Source of the DNA: Haliotis rubra
Taxonomy: Eukaryota
Assembly: GCF_003918875.1 (NCBI RefSeq)
Contig: NW_025767236.1
Span: 186,001 to 250,000 of the forward strand
Direction: 5' to 3'
DNA: 64,000 nt
Shown: positions 48,201 to 61,559 of the stretch, one piece after another
Numbering within the stretch: position 1 is the stretch's first letter
Layout of the letters: each line of letters begins with the position of its first letter
Program-made: the position numbers and the translations under genes
The notes under the pieces: generated by a model
What the model saw: the letters and a program-made list of their open reading frames with translations, nothing else
The model's database searches: none
Told to the model about the DNA's origin: nothing

Positions 48201-51200
48201 TTACTCCTGCATACCCATGAAGATCTGGGTTTGAATTTGTCTTTCGGCAATCCATGCTTTTGTCAAAGGGGATAAGGGGTCAGGCTCACTTACCTGGTAG
48301 GTGCAGCTCATCATATCCCAATTACATTGCATTATTCCGATCACTGGATTGTCTGGTCCAGAACTGATTATGTACAGACCAGTCATATGGATGGAAAATT
48401 GCTGAATGCAGCATTGAACAAGAAACAGACAAAACCAGCCAGACATCCACAGAGGAAATCACGAGGATGAAGTGAGACACATAGTATCACTATACTTGGC
48501 AGAACACTATGATATCATGTTACCATGGCGCCAGTCAAGCAGCATGTGTAACCTGTATGTTTCAGAACCTGGTTAGTTGTACATTTTACACTCGAGACTA
48601 GGGATGAAATGGTATACTGCAGTATGAGTAGAACCGCAGTATTTTGCCTTCAGTTCGGTATACCGTAATGCAATCCCAAAATTCAGCATTTTCGGTTTTC
48701 GTACCATCATTTCCGTCTAGTCATAAAGTGACAGTTTTGTTCATTCAAAATAACAGAGATTATGGTTATTGTTTTTCCATGTTATTAAACAATGTAAGGT
48801 TTGGCTTTTGTCATTTTCTGCATTATGATCATATCTCATATTATACCGGACAAAACCGAAGGCCTTGTACCACAATTTACCATACCGTGGTAAGAGCATA
48901 CCGTTTCAACCCTACTCAAGACGTTGGTTATTACTGACTGCAAGCTGAGACATTCGGATGACTGATTGTACATATTTGCTCACAATATTAATCACTGCAT
49001 TGTCTGGTCCAGACTCTATTATTTATGTACCGCTTTCATTAATGGAGGCAGTAAATTGCAATGTGAGCTTTTACCAGGTGCCACATGTCATGGAATGGCT
49101 GGGGGAGTGAAAAACTGTTGCCATGGTTACCTATTCGGTATATTTTCCTGAATCAGCTCTAGCTACAATCACAAGAGTGACCTGTGGGCCCTCGGCTGCA
49201 TCCTGTACGAGATGTGCTGTCTCCGTGTGCCATTTGATGCTCCCAGCCTCGCCTCCCTCGTCTTGAAAATAGTGGAAGCAAAATATGAGCCAGTTCCCTC
49301 GTAAGTTTCATGCAATCATTCTTATGTATGTAAAATCCATAATTATTATTATCCATATTATGTTCCCATATCATAGTGCAATCCAATTCCCAAGTTTCAC
49401 GTTTAAGTACATTTAACATGTACCACATTTCCTGACTGGTGGTAGCTCTCCATATATAATGATACAGTCCACTTGCCAAGTATATATCTTGTACAGTCCA
49501 TTTCCTCTGTATGTACCTTTAACATGGCTGCAACTTCACAACAGTTTGCATGTTGCCACTTGTTCTAAGTGGTGGCAAGGTCTCCACCAAAAGAGTTACT
49601 GCGTCTATATGGGGTAGACCTGACATAACTCATCGTATTCCAGCCATGACCGAAAAAACCTGATTTATGTATACATGCAAGTATAAGTTGCCCAACTTGT
49701 ACAATCACATGTACTCATAGTTAGAATGCTTTTTTTTAGTCTTATTCCTAAACAGGGCTCCAGATAAGGGCCATATTGGCGTATGTACGAATAAAAAAAT
49801 ATGCACAATACGGCAAATAATTTAGAAAACGTAGCAGGTACGCACCACACCAATAGTGTACGGTCTGAGAATCACTTACAGACGTATTTATCTGAAGAAA
49901 AATATTGGTTTATTGTTTATTGACCTGTTTACACAAGACTATCAATGCTGTGGTGCATATATACTCATGCCAATAATAGTTGTCACCACCTTCCATTTCT
50001 TTTATTGGAGAGTGGGTGTGGGAAGGGGGGTGACAACCATTATTGGCATGAGTATATGAAACGAAACAATAATGTACTCTTAAGGTTTTCCAGTACTCCT
50101 GTAGTGAAAAAATATGGAGTACGTACTCCTGATGTTGAAAAATTATCTGGAGCCCTGCCTAAATGCTTCATAGTGCATTGTTAAATGGTATTTAATTTAT
50201 CTAGTGTAGCTGATTTTCTGTAAATTGTCTTTAAGGCACTATGGCCCACTGATTGAAGATCTGGTTAGTGTTCTGCTCAGCCCCAATCCTGACAAGCGCC
50301 CGTCTGCTGAACAGTTGTTGACTGTACCAAACCTTCAGCCATACATTGAAAGTCTTCTCAAAGGTCATACTGAAAGAAAACGTAGCATTTCCATATCAAC
50401 CCCTGAGTGTGATCCTCCCCAACCGAAATCATCTAGAGAGAATCGTCAGTGTGTTCCCAGAAATCTGGAAAAGCCTTGTCCTGTTGCGGATAAAGTGGAT
50501 AAAGTTGTGTCACCTTTGATAAAGGATTGCCAGAGGCGGGGTTCATTACCAAAGGTCAAGGTCAGAGTGACAGGCAGAAGAGCGTCTGCTCCAGCTACGT
50601 CATATTTCTCTGAAGTGCGTGCTTCAAGGTGTCACCCTGCTCGAATTTTTAATGGCCGAGTTATTTCCCCTTGTATTATGGAGGAACCAAACAGCCCGGA
50701 ATCAAAGACACCAGAAAATAATCCACCCAAGTCGAAACGGGCAAACTATATTCCAGATTTCTGCAACCCAGACGCCAAAAAGATTCTGATAGAAAATAAG
50801 GTAAGCACTTTTCTATTTCATGCTAACAATGGCTTTGCTGTCCTCCAACAAGTCCGGGATGCGTTCAGGTGGAGGATGTTGTGTCATTACTTCTGCTAAT
50901 AAGCGTAAAATTTGGTGCAAATAGTCGAGTTGGTGCACTTCATTAACCTTGTGTGAGACATAATTTAAAGAAAAATATCAGTATACACAACACATTAGTA
51001 ATTACCATGTCAATCATATACTGTGACTTTAACCAAAAAAATAGTCATTGCTAGTCATTGTATTATCCCGATGTATCATGGTCAAATTCAAACATTCAAA
51101 TGGCTTTCTTGGAATGTGTGAGCATGATCATGTGACTGCCTTTCCCTGGAGTGCAAAAAAGTGAGGTCATAAACTTATTAAAATTCAAATATCATGTTGG

Positions 51201-54200
51201 CCGATGTTCATTAGGTGATGGCCCACTTTCTGATGTCAGTGGGCCAGTTGTCCCAGTTTGGTGAAAGGCTTGATGCGTCCCTGTGAAGTCTGTCTCTTGG
51301 CGCTGTATGTAGCTGTGTGACAGTGAGCATGTCACCCTGATTCGCTAGATGGATACAGTGTGTGAAACCTATGTTAATATTGGTGATATGTATAGTTGGG
51401 CTTTGGTCAGGGCCTCTCCTTGTTGGGTGAGTTGAATGTTAGAGGTCAATCTACAGAGGCCCAGATAAGCTGTGTATCCGGGTAAAATACGCATAGAAAA
51501 TGCCCAAATACGCATTGAAAAATAATTGTTGCGTACCAATTACGCATTTAAAATGTTAGATACGCAAAAAGTTTAAAACAAATGAGTACAGAATATTTTT
51601 ATAAAATTCCCTTGCTTAATGAAAAAGAGATCGATTGCTATCAAGTTGTACTGTTAGTATAAGACAAGTGTTGTACTGTCAGTATAGGATGAGTGATTTT
51701 TTATGAAATCATTTCCATTATATTTAAGTTGGTTTTGATTAGGTATGACATAAGGCAGGACATGCCTGCTTAGTAAACTTACTCAATGACATAATACTTA
51801 GGTGAGGAAAATGACTGAAATACGCACATATTTGAAAGCAGTGGGAAACGGAAAATGAAATACCCACTCAACATTCATAATACCCACTCCCCAAAAATAC
51901 AGTGGTTACAGTACCCACATGAGCTAAATATTATCTGGAGCTCTGAATCTATATTGGAAACAAGTGTGAACGTCCCAGTTTCACCATACCTGACACTGCA
52001 TACACAGTGCTACAGCAAGTTGTAGCATCAGGTACAGTAAGTGTAACAACATTGAAGTCACCCCGTTATGCTCATTTTTGGCCTTGTTGACAGATATCAT
52101 CTTTAATCTTTCAGTGTGATGTTTCAGTATAAACAGGTATGGAAAATATGAAGACGTTGAGATGGACATTAACTCTATCCTCAGTGATGACGTTGACTGA
52201 TGGACATTAACTCTATCCTCAGTGATACTGCTGGTTCTAAAATGCTGTTTAAACAAACAGCCTTCACTCCACACTTGTCTACAAGACCATGGTTACTAAT
52301 GTCTACTGAAGACAAGTATAAGTCCTATAATGATAGGCGTCATTGAATAGCAACATTTGAGGGCTATAATTCTGAACCATTTCTCAATGCTTCAACTTTG
52401 CCACAGACTGAAACTGAATGGGGCCAAATAAAAAAATGTTGTGGTTCCAATTACACCTCTTTAAAATTTAGGGTAGGTAGGTGGAATAATTTTTTTTTTA
52501 CATTTTTATTTTAGAAGTAAAGTATTAACTAAAAACACATTTATCAATGTGTAATTGTTTATTCATCAAGCTTGCGGCCATCATGTCGACTTTCTCTATC
52601 AGAATGACCGATGTCAATTGGTGCCGGGGAAAAACGATGGTATCTGAAAGCTTATATTATTCATACCTGTTTAAAAAACTAGGGTCAGCACCAGAATTCA
52701 AGGGTCGGTCGGGTAATCGGAACACCAACATTTTTTTATTTGTCCTGTAGGGGAAAAGGAACATGTAGACATAATATTTTAGTTTTGTTTTATTCAAGTA
52801 GGACTTTCTCTGACGACTACTGAAACAAAGGTAACGCATGTGATCTGGATTTGTAATCATACACACAAATTTCTAAGACTGATTCAGAAATATTGAAAGT
52901 GTTACCTGAGTTGTTTCCCCTAGGAGAACATTCCGTCAATGCGTAAAGGGGCCCGCTTCCTGCGCCGCCACTCGCTCTTCACGCCTGCCATCAACTCCCT
53001 CATCAAGACACAGAGGGAGATCATGTCCTGTCAGGTTCCGAAACGTGTCCCCAAGGTGAAGAACGTGAGTACCACTCGACGACAGATAGGGGAACGTCGC
53101 TGACCACCCAGCTTGGGCTGAAGCCAGGAGCTAATGTATTTCAAACAGGAATATGTCTCCCTGTAGAGTTAGAGGGCCAGTAGGTACCTTGTACCGATAC
53201 TGTATACGGTTGAAAGTAGCGCCTAAATGTTCGTGGCTGAAGATGCCAGAAGTCTATATTTCATTCCCTTGTTGACATCACATTCAGAAATGGTAACAAA
53301 ATACGAAGTGGTATATTAATGCAATGATCCATGTTGTGTTTATATTTTTAGCAATTTCCAATTTATCACAATTAACCTTAATAAACTCAGTTATAACTTC
53401 GATAAGTAAGCTAAGTGACACCTCAAATTTCATCTCAGTTATTGCCAGTTTATAACAGTTAAACAAATCCACTTATCTTCTCTAACCAACTCTCTGCCAC
53501 AGGGCCCACCACCGAAAATGAACCTGTACCGAGTTTACCTGAATTCCCAATCTGAGTGTGAGTCTCCAGTTACGGCAGCAACGTCCGTCAGCTACAGCAC
53601 CGACGATGATGTGTTTGACTCTGGGCACACCCCCATGAGCGTTGGACCAAGCAGACCCAATAGTTCCATCAGTTCACTCACCTACAAGATAGACAGCATG
53701 ACGGTTGCCGAGGAACCTCCACATGGTCAGCACACAGTCCTCCATTGTTACTGTTTCAGGAAACCTGTCTGTACCACAAAACCACAGACATACTGGTTTC
53801 AGTTAGTTTTGTATCCTGTAGGATGCTTTTCATGTTTCGGGGGCGGGGCTGTAGCCTAGTGATTAAAGCATCCTCTCGTCACGCAAAAGACTTTGGTTCA
53901 ATTCCCCGCTTGGGTACTCTCTGTGAAACCCATTTCTGGTGTCACCCAACCGTCATAATGCTGGGATAATGCTAAAATGACGTAATATATAGAAATGTAA
54001 CTTATAATTTACTTTTAAAGTCTGCATAATCCCTAAAATTACAAGGAATGGAATGACATCGTCACAGTTATCCAAGGCTATACTGTTGTTTGTGCAGAGT
54101 TGCCTCCCTTGGGAATGCCAGGAATCTGTGTTTTGATTTCCCAACACCATAACTGTAGCCATGGGTTGTAGTTGTAGATATCCACTATGGTCTTAGGCTT

Positions 54201-54562
54201 TACTCCACTTCAAGCAAACACAAAATCATACACAAACCCACTCACTACTTGTCTCGGACTTTACTCTGGCTCGTTTTTCAGACTCCCCATCAGCTGTTTC
54301 CAACTCCTCCATGAAACAACTCCAAGTCCTGTACGAATCTGTCATCGCCAACCATGGAAGCACACGCCAAGCTGTGGTGACCTTGACAGCCTACCTACAG
54401 GAGCAGTTGGGCGCCCAGTCATTCCAGCACTTGTACAGTCTCGTGTTGGACAGCGCCAAGGCAGCCACGGACTTCAAGGTCTTGAGGGAGAAGGCTGGCA
54501 AGAAGATCGTGTACATGCCGATGGTCATTCAGCTGCTGCAACTGGAAAATGCTCTTGGATAG
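41999..54562 (+). CDS. NIMA-related serine/threonine kinase (NEK1/3/5-like), 9 exons, about 627 aa
   Basis: Exons 41999-42254, 44366-44418, 46947-47019, 47951-48104, 49163-49300, 50236-50800, 52924-53064, 53503-53725 and 54282-54562 join in frame (1884 nt). Motifs GSGSFG, VLKEI, MEYADGGDL, DWFVQ, HRDLKPQNVFL, DFG, GTPFYLSPE, KSDLWALG; NEK1-like helical C-terminus. Confidence 0.9.
42653..42840. mobile_element. MITE with internal telomere-like (TAACCC) motifs
   Basis: TIR AAGAGTTCCTTCCGTTCCCC / GGGGAACGGGAGGAACTCTT. Confidence 0.65.
44366..44418 (+). CDS. NEK exon 2 (GDLQKKIQDQKGIHLSKE)
   Basis: tttcag| and |gtaaga. Confidence 0.87.
44496..45298. repeat. 37-bp minisatellite (about 22 copies; about 3.5 more at 38272-38399)
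   Basis: Unit TTGCCTGATTTGATTAGACAGCTGTCATACAGCTGGGA. Confidence 0.95.
45327..46789 (-). mobile_element. Tc1 (DD34E) transposon, copy 2 (frameshifted, internally deleted) in NEK intron 2
   Basis: Same TIRs and near-identical body to 38430-39945; internal deletion near 46315; same premature TGA. Confidence 0.92.
46947..47019 (+). CDS. NEK exon 3 (IVFDWFVQIVFALKYIHGKNILHR)
   Basis: tttcag| and |gtaaat. Confidence 0.92.
47951..48104 (+). CDS. NEK exon 4 (DLKPQN...DFG...SPEICQKQP)
   Basis: Followed by the U12-type donor GTATCCTC. Confidence 0.92.
48105..49162 (+). other. U12-type (minor spliceosome) GT-AG intron
   Basis: Donor GTATCCTC; branch site TTTCCTGAAT about 10 nt before the AG; no long pyrimidine tract. 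Confidence 0.8.
48599..48914. mobile_element. hAT-like MITE
   Basis: TIR TAGGGATGAAATGGTAT / ATACCGTTTCAACCCTA; 8-bp TSD CTCGAGAC/CTCAAGAC. Confidence 0.8.
49163..49300 (+). CDS. NEK exon 5 (YNHKSDLWALGCILYEM...)
   Basis: ctag| and |gtaagt. Confidence 0.92.
49753..50157. mobile_element. Non-autonomous DNA transposon with 6-bp TSD, containing a nested MITE (49964-50052)
   Basis: TIR CAGGGCTCCAGATAA / TTATCTGGAGCCCTG; TSD CCTAAA. Confidence 0.8.
50236..50800 (+). CDS. NEK exon 6 (end of kinase domain plus linker)
   Basis: PDKRPSAEQLL; |gtaagc donor. Confidence 0.88.
51454..51945. mobile_element. Same 6-bp-TSD family
   Basis: CAGAGGCCCAGATAA / TTATCTGGAGCTCTG; TSD AATCTA. Confidence 0.75.
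52421..52746. mobile_element. MITE with ~35-bp imperfect TIRs
   Basis: GGCCAAATAAAAAAATGTTGTGGTTCCAATTAC / GTAATCGGAACACCAACATTTTTTTATTTGTCC. Confidence 0.65.
52924..53064 (+). CDS. NEK exon 7
   Basis: ccctag| and |gtgagt (alternative in-frame donor at 53055). Confidence 0.7.
53503..53725 (+). CDS. NEK exon 8 (Ser-rich)
   Basis: ccacag| and |gtcagc; phases fit the neighbouring exons. Confidence 0.72.
53842..53985 (+). mobile_element. SINE family 1, degenerate
   Basis: A/B boxes and body similarity. Confidence 0.75.
54282..54562 (+). CDS. NEK exon 9 (C-terminal helical domain)
   Basis: tttcag| acceptor; LTAYLQEQLG...YMPMVIQLLQLE resembles NEK1-type C-termini. Confidence 0.8.
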
Positions 54563-54834
54563 ACGAGCAAATCGCAACTGATAAATCTGTTTTTGACTCT
54601 TTGATCTTGTTTCTGGAATTGTTTACCTCAGCAGGGGTACCTAGTAGATTTGTGAAATACAATATATGTTTCTTTCAACATTTGAGATTATTGAAAGTCA
54701 CTTCCGCACTTGGTGTTAATGTAAGCCAATATGCAGTCTCTGTAACAGAAATATGGTATTGACTAGATATAACAAGAACTCCATGTGTCATCGAAGCCTG
54801 TTATGTAACTTGATTGAAACCTAATGAGCTATTG

Positions 54835-55117
54835 AAGGTGGGGTAGTCTAGTGATTAAAGCACTTGCTCATCACACCGATGACCCAGGGTTTTTTCCCTA
54901 CTGTGGTACAATGTGTGAAGCCCATTTCTGGTGTTATGCGCCGTGATGTTGCTGGAATATTGCTAAAAGCGGCGTAAAACCAAACTCAGTCAGTCAGTCA
55001 GTCGTCACGACGACCCAGGTTTGATTCCCTACATTGGTACAATGTGTAGACCCATTTCTGGTGTTCCCCACCGTGATGTTGCTGAATGTGGTGTACAACA
55101 ATACTCTCACTCACTCA
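54835..55117 (+). mobile_element. Two tandem SINE family 1 copies downstream of the NEK stop
   Basis: Full copy with (CAGT)n tail, followed by a 5'-truncated copy. Confidence 0.8.
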
Positions 55118-55831
55118 TGAAGCTTGGCGTTAGTCCATGAAACCATCTGATAGTCAAAAGTAGATATCTGTTGATGAGATCCAGTAAGATATGTTGTGGT
55201 GGATTCAGTATTACTTTACAAACGGCATATATTCATTCTGCTTTTGGATGATTGTTGCCAGTGGACCTGTGATAGATTGTGCTATTTTCCTATTTATATT
55301 TATCTACAAGAGTATTACAATGTTTATACTTATATATCATATTGTATGTATATATTGTATAAGAAAGTATTACATATCTGTGCTACAACAAAAGCAAAAA
55401 TATTCTAAAATATTTTCAGTCTTGATTAAACAGTGCACTCAACTGTGTGTGTTGTTTTAGTGGTTCGAACAAGGATCAGTTAAGCTGCCCGTTGCTGTTA
55501 CGAGAAGTCATGTATGACTATTACACAGTCAAACACCCTAGTAATGATGTGTAGAATTTATGATGTCTCAAATTGACAGTTTGGTCCCTTGCTAGAAACC
55601 ATGGCGTGACCAAAAAATGGTGCGCATTGTCAGGCAGTGGCACACTATCGCTCGATTTATTTACATCTAGACAAGGTGACGTATTGTTGACGCATTGTTG
55701 ACGTCTAAACTAGGCGACGTATTGTTGACGTCTTCTGTATGGCATTGTACGCATGATGCGCATTGTTCCAGCATGGACATGCATTGCCATAGCCACATCG
55801 CGCATGCGTGAAACAGTCGTGGTATTATTTG

Positions 55832-56751
55832 CAGACTTGGGGTAACTGTAATTTGTAATCGAATGTAATTAATTACAAAAATCTATGTAATTGCATGTAA
55901 TTTGTAATTGAATGTTCAAGATGTAATTTGATTAATTAATATCTCAATGTAATTGAATTTTTCAATTACATCAAATTACATCTCACTTTTTTATTTTGGT
56001 GGTCATCAGGCAACCCATGCAATTATATTGTGTACAATAAGGAGGACAAAGTAGTGTTTTTCAGTTAGATGCTTGTTGTCAGTATATACTCTAGCAGGTG
56101 TTAAGTTTTGAAAGAGATTTGGATGTCTAAGCCTTTGTAAATATCACCATCTGCACATTTGTGAAACAAAGGGAATCAGTAACGCATGACTGAATGTAGG
56201 TTGGTATTTGAGGAAATGGGGGGATTAACTGTACTATTAGTCACGTTCCTATCAAAATGGCCTCTTTGTTTCTTTCTCATAGGATATGATATTCAAAATC
56301 TTACTGAACTGTAGTCCTATTTTTATAATCATGAAATGTAATAAGCTATAAATCTAAGTTGACAAGTCCTTTAGTATGTTAATGTGGATTATGTCAGATA
56401 GAGAGACCTGCAGATTTTATATTGTAATGTAGGCCTGTAATGATGAGTCATGATACAGTATACCTAAGGTAACAGTGGTGGACAAAGTGTTTTTTGAAAC
56501 AAGTGATGATAGAGGTGTGTATTTGATAATAAGCCCAAAGAAATAGGCAAAAGAAAAACCTGATCAAATAGTGTACATTGTAGATATAATCTAATTTTGC
56601 ATTTCACTTTTTGATTTTTGTTGTGTTTTAAAAAAAAGTAATTTGTAATGTAATTAATTACATGTGAATCTAAGGTGTAATTGTAATTGAGGAAAATCAA
56701 AGTAATTGTAATTTAATTAATTACATTTCAAAGTAATTGAACCCATGTCTG
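55832..56751. mobile_element. hAT-like non-autonomous element with GTAATT subterminal repeats
   Basis: CAGACTTGGG...CCCATGTCTG termini; exact 8-bp TSD ATTATTTG. Confidence 0.82.
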
Positions 56752-56859
56752 ATTATTTGGTCCCGCTTTGTCCCACTTGATCCCACGCTATATAAATAGC
56801 AGGCATCACCAATAGCCTCATGCATTCCTCGACTTGCTGTGGAATTACAATATGTGAAC

Positions 56860-57252
56860 ACCAGAGAACAAGCTCTTGATGCAGAAAAGAAAAGATGTCT
56901 ATAGTTTTAGTTGCAGAAGGAACTACCACAACTGTCTGGGGGCTGTGGACGGCAAGCACGTTGTTATGAAGAAGCCACCTACAGCAGGACCATTGTACTA
57001 CAATCATAAGGGCTTCCACTACCTACAGCAGGACCATTGTACTACAATCATAGGGGCTTCCACACCATTGTGCTCATGGCTCATGTAGATGCTGGATACA
57101 AGTTCCTGTATGTTGATGTTGGGGCAGAGGGTGGTGCCTCAGATGGAGGAACAAAAATGAAGCTGTCGAGGACAACCGAGCCAGACTGCCTGGACAAGTT
57201 CCGCTCCTAATGACGATAAACCTGTGCCATATCATTTCGTAGCCAATGACCT
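56860..57252 (+). pseudogene. PIF/Harbinger (HARBI1-like DDE) transposase fragment
   Basis: NCLGAVDGKHVVMKKP...YYNHKGFH...IVLMAHVDAGYKFLYVDVGAEGGASDGG, with frameshifts and an internal tandem duplication. Confidence 0.8.
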
Positions 57253-57253
57253 C

Positions 57254-57255
57254 TG

Positions 57256-57307
<52 letters not shown>

Positions 57308-57308
57308 T
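57254..57308. repeat. (GT)n(GCGT)n microsatellite
   Basis: Read directly from the sequence. Confidence 0.95.
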
Positions 57309-58009
57309 TGGCAAGAAAGAATGGTCACACCCTGTCCCATAGTGACGATTAAGCAACACAGGCTCTAATACCTCTTAATAAATGTAATTACTATTTTATA
57401 CATACGTTCAGTAAAGAAAGTGCTTTTGTTTCTGCTTCTTTTAAGAACACACACATTTACTTACAAAATATAGACGGGAGTGCAAAAAAATAACATGTTT
57501 ACAAGAGAAGGATTAAGTTAAAAATATGTACACCAGTTAAAGAACACCCTGAGAGGAGTGTCCATATCCTTGGGCTAAGGTGACAGCCCAATGCTACTGT
57601 CACTATCCATCTCTGTGTCTTGTCCGGTCTTCAAGTTAAAAGGCGTGAACTTTGCGCAGTCTGTCGTACACAGTTAGTGATCAAAACGGGCCAATGCAAG
57701 TCACTGCGAGTCAATGGGTGTAGGGCTGGAAATTGATGCACAGTGCCCGCAGTGTTGCGAGTAAGTTGTGCAAGTGTCAGGGTGGCTTTAGTTATGGTAT
57801 TTGCATGGAAAAGAGAGGTGTCTTTATCTAACATACTTCTTTATCTTACCTCACACATTAATGTTTTCTGATTGGCTGAGCCAATCAATGTACCCCGCTT
57901 ACATGTAACATTTTTTATGTTACCCGCTGGAAATGCCAAACTGGGAATATGTCTCTGGTACTTCGTGTTGATAATGTAATAATAATGTCCATTTGTATGT
58001 GATTTGTAT

Positions 58010-59875
58010 GCTCATGGCGCCCGGTGTGTACAGCTAAAAACTGCAGCAATTGTACAAGTCACTCGTAATATTTCCTGAATAGATAGGCCTTCAATGAAGA
58101 TTTGAATGCGTCAAGGGAGGTTTCTGTTTTGATGGCTATGGAAAGACTTCCACAGTGAACGAGCAGCAGAGCTGAATGATCTGTGACCATAGTTCTTGAG
58201 ATGGACAGGGGGTGTTGCTGGGAGGAACTGCTGGCGTGATCTCAGCTGTCGTGGTGGTGTGTACACTGAGATGAGTTCAGAGAGGTACTGAGGCGCTAGG
58301 TCATGTAGACACTGGAACACAATGGTCAAGGTCTTGAATTCGATTCTGGCTTGGATGGGCAACCAGAGAAGAGACTTTAGAACAGGGGTCATATGAGATC
58401 TTTTAGATGTTAGGGATACGATGTGGGCTGCTACGTTTGGGATTTTGTGGATTTTTTTAAAGTTTGCAGAGTCCATACAGAATAGTCCAGACAGGCTAGA
58501 ACGAAAGTATGGGCTGCGTCTGTTGTTAAATTATGCCGATTGTTACTGATAGCTCTCAGGTGGAAGAAGCAGATTCTTGAAAGATGGTTGATCTGAGCAT
58601 CAAGTGATAAGTCCTGGTCCATGAACATCCCAAGATCTTTCAAGGATGGAGCTAGAGTAACTTTTGCATCAGCTATTGTTATTTTCTCAGTCGTGATTTT
58701 GTTCAGACGATGTTTATTGGTGACAAGCATAGCTTCTGTCTTATCGTTCATTTTGAGCATCAAAGATGACATCCAGGATTTGATGGACTTTGTGCAGATA
58801 GCTGTCTTCTCCAGAGAATGTTGAATCTGATTCAGAGCAAAAGAGTCTACCAGCTGGGTATCGTCTGCAACGAATGATAAGAAGTGTCCTACTAGTCAGA
58901 TATGTCGATCAAGTGTGTCATGTAAAGGCGGAAGAGGATGGGCCCCAAAACATATCCCTCAGAACTTTTCAACATCAGGGGTACATACTCCTTATTTTTT
59001 CAGTTTTGGTATACATTTAGAGTACTGACTGGAATTTAGTAGAGTATCAGTAATCTTGTGTTTCGTTTACTATATGCACCACAACGTTGCTACTCGTGTG
59101 TAAACAGGTCAATAAACAATAACACAATATTTTTTCAGATAACTATGTTTGTAAATGATTCTAAGACCATACACCATTGCTGTGGTGCGTATCTCCTACG
59201 TTTTCTAAATTATTTCCTACCGTGTCGTGCATATTTTTTATTTGTATATGCGCCGATATGGCCCTTATCTGGAGCCCTGCGGAACTCACCTGTGAGATGT
59301 GCTGTTGTGGATGAAGACTGCTTTATCAAGATTCTGAGTGCGTCCTGTCAGATATGATGAAAACCATCCCAATGCCAAACCGGTGATGCCCATTTGGTGT
59401 TCAAGAAGCTTGAGGAGGATGCTGTGATCAATCGCGTCGAATGCTGCACTCAAGTCTAGCAATACAAGTGATCCAACATTGCCACTGTCAACACTGACGT
59501 CAATGAGCACCCTCAGAACTGTTTCTGTGCTGTGTCTGGGCCGGTAGGCGGATTGGAACTTGTCGAATAGTCGATTCTGAGTTAGGTGTGATGACAGTCT
59601 GATGTAAACTGCTTTTTCAATCAACTTGGAAATTAAGTTTAGATTGGGGACAGGTCGGAACATTTTCAGTACGTTCGCATCAAGATCATCCTTCTTAAAT
59701 GATGGTCTGACAACTGCTTCTTTGAAAACCTCTGGAAATATGCCAGACTGTAAACTAACATTGACAATCTGGGCGATGATGAGTAGCAAGACTTTTATGT
59801 TTTCCAGAACTAGTTTACAAGGCAGTGGGTCCAGAGGGCATGCAATTGTTCACTGGTTCCTCGGGGCCTTTTAAT
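58010..59875 (-). mobile_element. Decayed L2/CR1 LINE ORF2, interrupted at about 58960-59335
   Basis: [67 protein letters not shown]. Confidence 0.85.
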
Positions 59876-59941
59876 ATGCATTCAAGCCACAATGATGCAA
59901 GTCAAAGCATTAGGCAAGTCAAAGCAACTTCATCTCTACGA

Positions 59942-60072
59942 TCGTCACGCCGAAGACCCGGGTTCGATTCCCCACATGGGCACAATGTGTTAAGCCCATT
60001 TCTGGTGTCCCCCGCCGTGATATTGTTGGAATATTGCTAAAAGCAGCGTAAAACTAAACTCAGTCAGTCAGT
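59942..60072 (+). mobile_element. SINE family 1, 5'-truncated
   Basis: TSD TCATCTCTACGA. Confidence 0.85.
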
Positions 60073-61559
60073 CATCTCTACGACAACGCCGACGAATTTT
60101 AAAACGTTTGTTTACTACTGAACAAGTGGAGTACATGTGGAGTACCCGTGGTTCCGCAGTCGCTAGGAAACAGACGAGGTCTTCAGCAACACACGATTGA
60201 GATGCTCAGGCTGGCTGCCTTGGTTTGACTGATGTCATCGTGACCCAGTTGCATAGGTCGATGCTCGTGATGTCACTCACAGGGTTGTCTGGTCCGGACA
60301 TGGCTAGTTTTCAGACCTCCATCATATAGTGTTTAAAAGGCAAAATATCTGCACTAAACAACAAAGAAACAAATTATAGAAGCGATACAGTTGAAATACT
60401 TATCTGACTATTTTATTTTCTCACTCCCCAACTCTGCGTTGTAATATTTTCGCCTCGTGGTCATACCGGATCAGTGATGTTGAGCTCCGATTGTTACCCT
60501 TAGTTCCAGTACTTAGGTTGCCTGAGCCAGACTCAGTGATTTCCAGACAGTTGCCATATGGCTGGAATACCCAGTCTCTATATATTCACTCGACCAATGA
60601 TCGTTTTGCTTTGGCACAACTTCCCTGCAGTAGCGGAAGCTGAGTGTATGTTGCCAGTCGAGTAGACTCCATATTTCCGTTTTGTAAGCAGCTGGGCGAA
60701 ACTAGGATGCTGTTATTTTGTAACATTTCCCTAAGAAGGGGATTTTTCACGCAAATATAATTTGCCTTTGACGCACATTGAAATTCGTGTCGGTGGATAA
60801 TGGAGATTGGTTAGTATCTGTAACATTGATGTGTTATCGCTTATCTCTAAAACATATAGCTATAATGGGGGGTGGGTGCTGATGCGAAGTTAAATACTAC
60901 CGCATTCCCTCTAAGACACAATACACATCGACTCATAGACGTGGCTGTTGTGAACAATGCAACCCAGTCTCAGCTCCCATCTAGCGGTATATCTACATTG
61001 TGACGTATTTCTGGTTTCCAATGTATAATTTCAATGACAGTTCAGATCTGATAATACTGTACTATGTAATGAGGCAGTGTTATACGTTATGCAGTAATGT
61101 TTTACATGCTGCACATTGCACCTGTAGATTCATTCGGGGGCATTGGTGCGCTATATTTAGACTTGTGCTACAAACCTATAGGCATCTCCAGTGACCCTGT
61201 GAATATTTTAGAATTTTCTTGGCTTTTTCTCCAGATTAAAGGGGAGCTGGCTATTGCCTCTCATCTCGTTGCACCTCAAGCCACAGGAAGACAAGAATTT
61301 TGTGTGATCATGTTAAACTCTGTCCCCTACCTGCCCAGCCCTTTCTTCCAAGTTGGATTACTGTTGCTGTGATGTGAAGTTAACAGTCTCAGTCCCTTGT
61401 ACTACTCTGTTTCTGAATGTGTGCTGTCAGGCAATTCTGTGATACGGCTGTACTTGAATTGTATTGAATCGTGAACATGACGAAAGTGACTTCACACAAG
61501 ATCCTGAAGTGACCCAAAACTGTCGAGACTCCAGTGACAATGACGAGCAGACTCATTTC

